Positions 60,551 through 64,000 of a stretch of 64,000 nt of DNA are shown in pieces (positions within the stretch are counted from its first letter, which is position 1; every line of letters begins with the position of its first letter). The stretch is from Eledone cirrhosa (taxonomy: Eukaryota). The notes below the pieces were generated by a model. That model did not search any database. It saw only the letters and a program-made list of their open reading frames with translations, and was not told the DNA's origin. A program made the translations under genes and the position numbers. The stretch spans positions 36,022,001 through 36,086,000 of the forward strand of contig OZ024746.1 in assembly GCA_964016885.1 (NCBI GenBank). Reading direction: 5' to 3'.

Positions 60551-63500
60551 TTTCTTTATTTACCATAAAGGCATAAAAAGAAGGGACAAATACAAAGGGG
60601 GAGTTTACATATAATCGAGTAAAAAGGGTGTAACATGAAAATAATCGAAAATAACCTCAAAAGGGAGGGGACGTGATGGGGGTTGCACACACCCCCGAAA
60701 AAGTGTGCAATCCTTTGCCCGGGGAGCACATGGAGAAGGTGCTCCCCTCTCCTTTACTTCTTTACCTACAGGATGGTATACAGAGAAGGCCCATTTACAC
60801 GAGCCATTCTCGCCACTATCACCCACCTTTCATAAAACTGCCTGTGGCCAAGCATCTCTCTCTCCATTCTTATCCTTCTTCCGAAGTGATATCGGAAGAA
60901 GTAGACCAGACTATGGCCAGAGAGGAAGTTGCCTGACCTCAGACCTTTCAATCGTGTCCACCAAACAACCTCTTTCAACATGGCTATTACGCACAGAAAA
61001 ACCGCCTTTGCTTCCTTTGTGAAGAGGGGAGGCGGTTTGATTGTCATCACGGACTCGGCGGTCAATTTAATCGGCACCACCCGCGACAGCAGTTGTTCGG
61101 CGTAGCCCCACAGATCAGCCACGCCAGGACATTGCACCAATGCGTGCGCCACGGTTTCTTCGTGACGCACGCATCTAGGGCAAATCTTTTTTGAGGGATC
61201 CCTGCCCGGGCGCCCGTGTCTGTAGAGCCTCTCTCGAACGGGTAGAGCCCCTCGGTAGCACTGCCAGGCCAGTGACTTCTGGAAGTTGTCCATTGGTCCT
61301 GGGCCGAAAGTCCTACCGAACAGGCTGGCCAGTTCGTCTTCTTCCATGTCCAGCGACTCTCCAAGGGTGTCATCGCCCCTGCTAGCCACCAGCCCTCTAT
61401 AGAATGATGAGGTGGATTCTCCACCGATGGCCCGGCCCGCTTGCCAGAGAGCCCTGAGCGCCTGAGCACACTCAGTGTGCCAGTCTCCCAGTTTTCCGGA
61501 TCTTTTCTTGACCCAGGACTGTAGCTCGGTGAGTGAGACGAGTCTCGGAAAGGCTCGTTTCACGAACGGAGCCCACACCGGTTGACCAGTGAGGAATACC
61601 TGTAGGTGCCGTAGCCTTAATGCGTGCCTACGCATCATCAACCACGGCATCCCCAGCCCTCCTTTCGAAGGTTGTTGGCAGCAGATGGATCTTCTCACCA
61701 TAGGAGGACGCTTCTTCCAAAGAAATTGGAAGAGCATGCGTTCCATGGTGGTGAGTGTTTCCTTAGGGCAAGGCACGACAGTCAGGCGGTAGTAAGTGAC
61801 GGACGCTATGTAAATGTTCGCCACCTCCGCCCGGCCTTTTAGGGACAGCTTACACTTGGCCCATTTCTGGGTTAGTGCAAACACCTTGTTCGTAACCTCG
61901 TTCCAGTTCTTTTCCACCTGGAGGTCCGGTCCAAACCAGACCCCAAGCAACTTTACCGGGCCCTCCGTCCAGTGTCCGACGACACCGTCAGGAGGCATCG
62001 GTTTGCCTCTCCACGTTCCGAGTTGCAGCCCGATGGATTTTTCCCGGTTCAGTTTCGCTCCTGACAACCTTTCGTACTCCTCCAGTAAGGTACCGATCGC
62101 CTCGATCTCCGAGTCGGTTGATACCATTACTGTTACGTCATCGGCGTAGGCCGACACCGCTTTGCTCAATCCTGGTTCCAGGGGGATACCCTGCAACAAC
62201 TCCAACTTCCTCAGTAGAGGCTCGAGAGTCAATACGTACAGAAGGGAGGAGAGAGGGCACCCCTGTCGAATGGATCGTGTGATTTCGAACGGCTTCGAAA
62301 GATAGCCGTTCACCTTGATCCTAGAACAGATGTGGTTGCTATGTAGGGCAGTGATCCAGCCTCTGAAAACAGGACCGAACCCAGCCGCCGCTAGCACCGC
62401 ATCCAGGTAACCATGGTCGACCCTATCGAAGGCCTTAGACTGATCCAAGTTGATCAGGGCCCCACCGAAGCCGGGTTTGTTGCCAACCCTCTCTATGATG
62501 TATCGCATGAGGTGGAGGTTATCGTGAATGGACCTGGATGGGATAGCACATGTCTGCGCATCTCCAACCAGGCCACCCACGACAAGCGCCAACCTCTTTG
62601 CTAACACCTTGGCCAAAATCTTTAACTCTGTGTTTAGCAGGGTTATGGGCCGAAAATTATTTATACTATCCCCCTTTTTCTCGTCCTTCCTCACCAGCGT
62701 GACTACGCCCTTGGCTACAGAACAAGGAATTCTCCCGTTCTGCTGCCAATTGCAGTAGACCGCTGCGAGGAGTTCGGAGAAGAAGACCGGCATTGCTAAA
62801 TAAAGTTCGTAAGGTATACCATCGAGACCTGGAGATTTGCGTCTGCTGCATTGGCTCAGCGCATCTCCGATCTCATCAGCCGAGATTGGTCCCTCGCAGG
62901 ACTCTGCCTCTTTGTTCGAGAGACGCGGCAGGCCGTCGAGGTATGGACCGAAATCCACGCCCCGGCCCGGACCCTCGCCTCCCCCGAACAATCGGGCAAA
63001 GTGCTTTTGAAAGGCCTCGCACATCTGCTTAGGCTCCCGGATCACTCGTCCATCTTCGTCTTGCAACGACCGGATGGTGGATCGATTTCCACTTTTAGCT
63101 TCTGTCACGCGGGCCCATCCAACGGCTTTGGCCCCCTCATTACCTAGAGCACGTATTTTACTTCGAATGACGCAGCCTTCATGCTTTGCATCGAAAAACT
63201 GGTTCAAGGCCGTCCTCGATGCCAGCACTCTGGCCACATCTTCGCTCTTGATTGCCTCTTCTAATTTACCTGTTAATTCTTTCTCGTTTCTATTCCTATT
63301 GGCAGCTAACATCTTGCTATAACTTATTGATTCTGTTCTAATCTCTCTTTTGAGAGATGCCCACCATCGGTTGTTGACGATTGCACCCGTCAACCTCTCC
63401 TTAACTAATCTGCTAATCCGGTTTCTGTAAGTCTCTTTTGCCGGTAAAGACAAATTAAGTTTCCAGTAACCGGGACCCTGTCTATGTGTTTTCTCGAGAT

Positions 63501-64000
63501 TGACCACGCAGCTCACTAATTTGTGATCCGTGTAGCCAACCGTGCGCATTTCTGGACAGCTTAATATGTCCCTATCCTTACTTCTAACTAAGAATCTATC
63601 TAAGTACGATCTAGATTGACCACTGTGGTTTCTCCAAGTCCAGGTAGGCACAGTTGGAAAATCTAGTCGATATCTATCGACCAAGTTAAAACGGTCGAGT
63701 AACCCCTTGAGGCTGTTACACCCCCCTCTATTAGGACATGCTCCTGCATAGTCCCAACGTGCATCTAGGATGTCATTCCAATCCCCCGCTAGAGGCAGGG
63801 AACGCGACGTTCCCAGAAAAGTCTCCAAACGCTGGAAGAAGTCGGGCCGTTCAGCTCCGAAAGGGGAGTAGACGGCGACCAGTCTCAAGGCCGCACTTTC
63901 ACTACTGCCAACGTCTAGCACCAACAAACGACCCTCCGGGTCCGAGTGCACAACCTGTACGGCAAGACCCAGGTGTTTTTGCAGCAGCACGACAACCCCA
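60551..64000 (-). mobile_element. Tx1/L1-group LINE (3' portion) with short 3' UTR
   Basis: ORF2, then about 210 nt of UTR, minus-strand AATAAA (tttatt 60555-60560), ending in (ATCT)n/(CT)n/(AT)n repeats at 60517-60550. Confidence 0.9.
60766..63999 (-). CDS. ORF2 of a Tx1/L1-group non-LTR retrotransposon (APE endonuclease + reverse transcriptase + C-terminal zinc knuckle), 5' end beyond the window
   Basis: Uninterrupted frame of more than 1074 aa. Endonuclease motifs GVVVLL (window edge), AGDWN, SYLDRF, TDH. RT motifs KSPGLDG, FRPITLLN, LDQSKAFDRV, IRQGCPLS, YADD, LLGVWF. C-terminal CPRC..ETVAHALVQC. Confidence 0.95.
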   Translation of the reverse strand, partial: GVVVLLQKHLGLAVQVVHSDPEGRLLVLDVGSSESAALRLVAVYSPFGAERPDFFQRLETFLGTSRSLPLAGDWNDILDARWDYAGACPNRGGCNSLKGLLDRFNLVDRYRLDFPTVPTWTWRNHSGQSRSYLDRFLVRSKDRDILSCPEMRTVGYTDHKLVSCVVNLEKTHRQGPGYWKLNLSLPAKETYRNRISRLVKERLTGAIVNNRWWASLKREIRTESISYSKMLAANRNRNEKELTGKLEEAIKSEDVARVLASRTALNQFFDAKHEGCVIRSKIRALGNEGAKAVGWARVTEAKSGNRSTIRSLQDEDGRVIREPKQMCEAFQKHFARLFGGGEGPGRGVDFGPYLDGLPRLSNKEAESCEGPISADEIGDALSQCSRRKSPGLDGIPYELYLAMPVFFSELLAAVYCNWQQNGRIPCSVAKGVVTLVRKDEKKGDSINNFRPITLLNTELKILAKVLAKRLALVVGGLVGDAQTCAIPSRSIHDNLHLMRYIIERVGNKPGFGGALINLDQSKAFDRVDHGYLDAVLAAAGFGPVFRGWITALHSNHICSRIKVNGYLSKPFEITRSIRQGCPLSSLLYVLTLEPLLRKLELLQGIPLEPGLSKAVSAYADDVTVMVSTDSEIEAIGTLLEEYERLSGAKLNREKSIGLQLGTWRGKPMPPDGVVGHWTEGPVKLLGVWFGPDLQVEKNWNEVTNKVFALTQKWAKCKLSLKGRAEVANIYIASVTYYRLTVVPCPKETLTTMERMLFQFLWKKRPPMVRRSICCQQPSKGGLGMPWLMMRRHALRLRHLQVFLTGQPVWAPFVKRAFPRLVSLTELQSWVKKRSGKLGDWHTECAQALRALWQAGRAIGGESTSSFYRGLVASRGDDTLGESLDMEEDELASLFGRTFGPGPMDNFQKSLAWQCYRGALPVRERLYRHGRPGRDPSKKICPRCVRHEETVAHALVQCPGVADLWGYAEQLLSRVVPIKLTAESVMTIKPPPLFTKEAKAVFLCVIAMLKEVVWWTRLKGLRSGNFLSGHSLVYFFRYHFGRRIRMEREMLGHRQFYERWVIVARMARVNGPSLYTIL

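Noticed and set aside
60605-63322. Multiple short ORFs overlapping the LINE
   Set aside because: Antisense or alternative-frame shadows of the GC-rich ORF2.

Overview
AT-rich animal (eukaryotic) DNA with no recognisable host protein-coding exon. The tRNA-type SINE family and the density of (TA)n/(CA)n/(GA)n repeats resemble a coleoid cephalopod such as Octopus; this is inference, not a database match. Most ORFs in the track are artefacts of microsatellites. Supported content: (1) a near full-length but disrupted Penelope-like retroelement (RT plus C-terminal GIY-YIG, 35197-39751) with direct pseudo-LTRs and a hammerhead ribozyme; (2) three more Penelope-type fragments; (3) an uninterrupted Tx1/L1-type LINE ORF2 running off the right edge; (4) a Buster-type hAT element with TIRs and an 8-bp TSD; (5) a non-autonomous Helitron; (6) RTE, R4-like and mariner relics; (7) tRNA-derived SINEs. 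The most notable signal is a set of at least five sequence-distinct families of short fold-back elements (200-550 bp) in or beside (TA)n tracts. Each family carries a type I hammerhead ribozyme fold in both arms, and so on both strands. Some have non-canonical cores. Four of the five have a one-sided tail with a shared TATYGAGYRCY motif about 35-60 nt from the end. All folds and alignments were done by eye.
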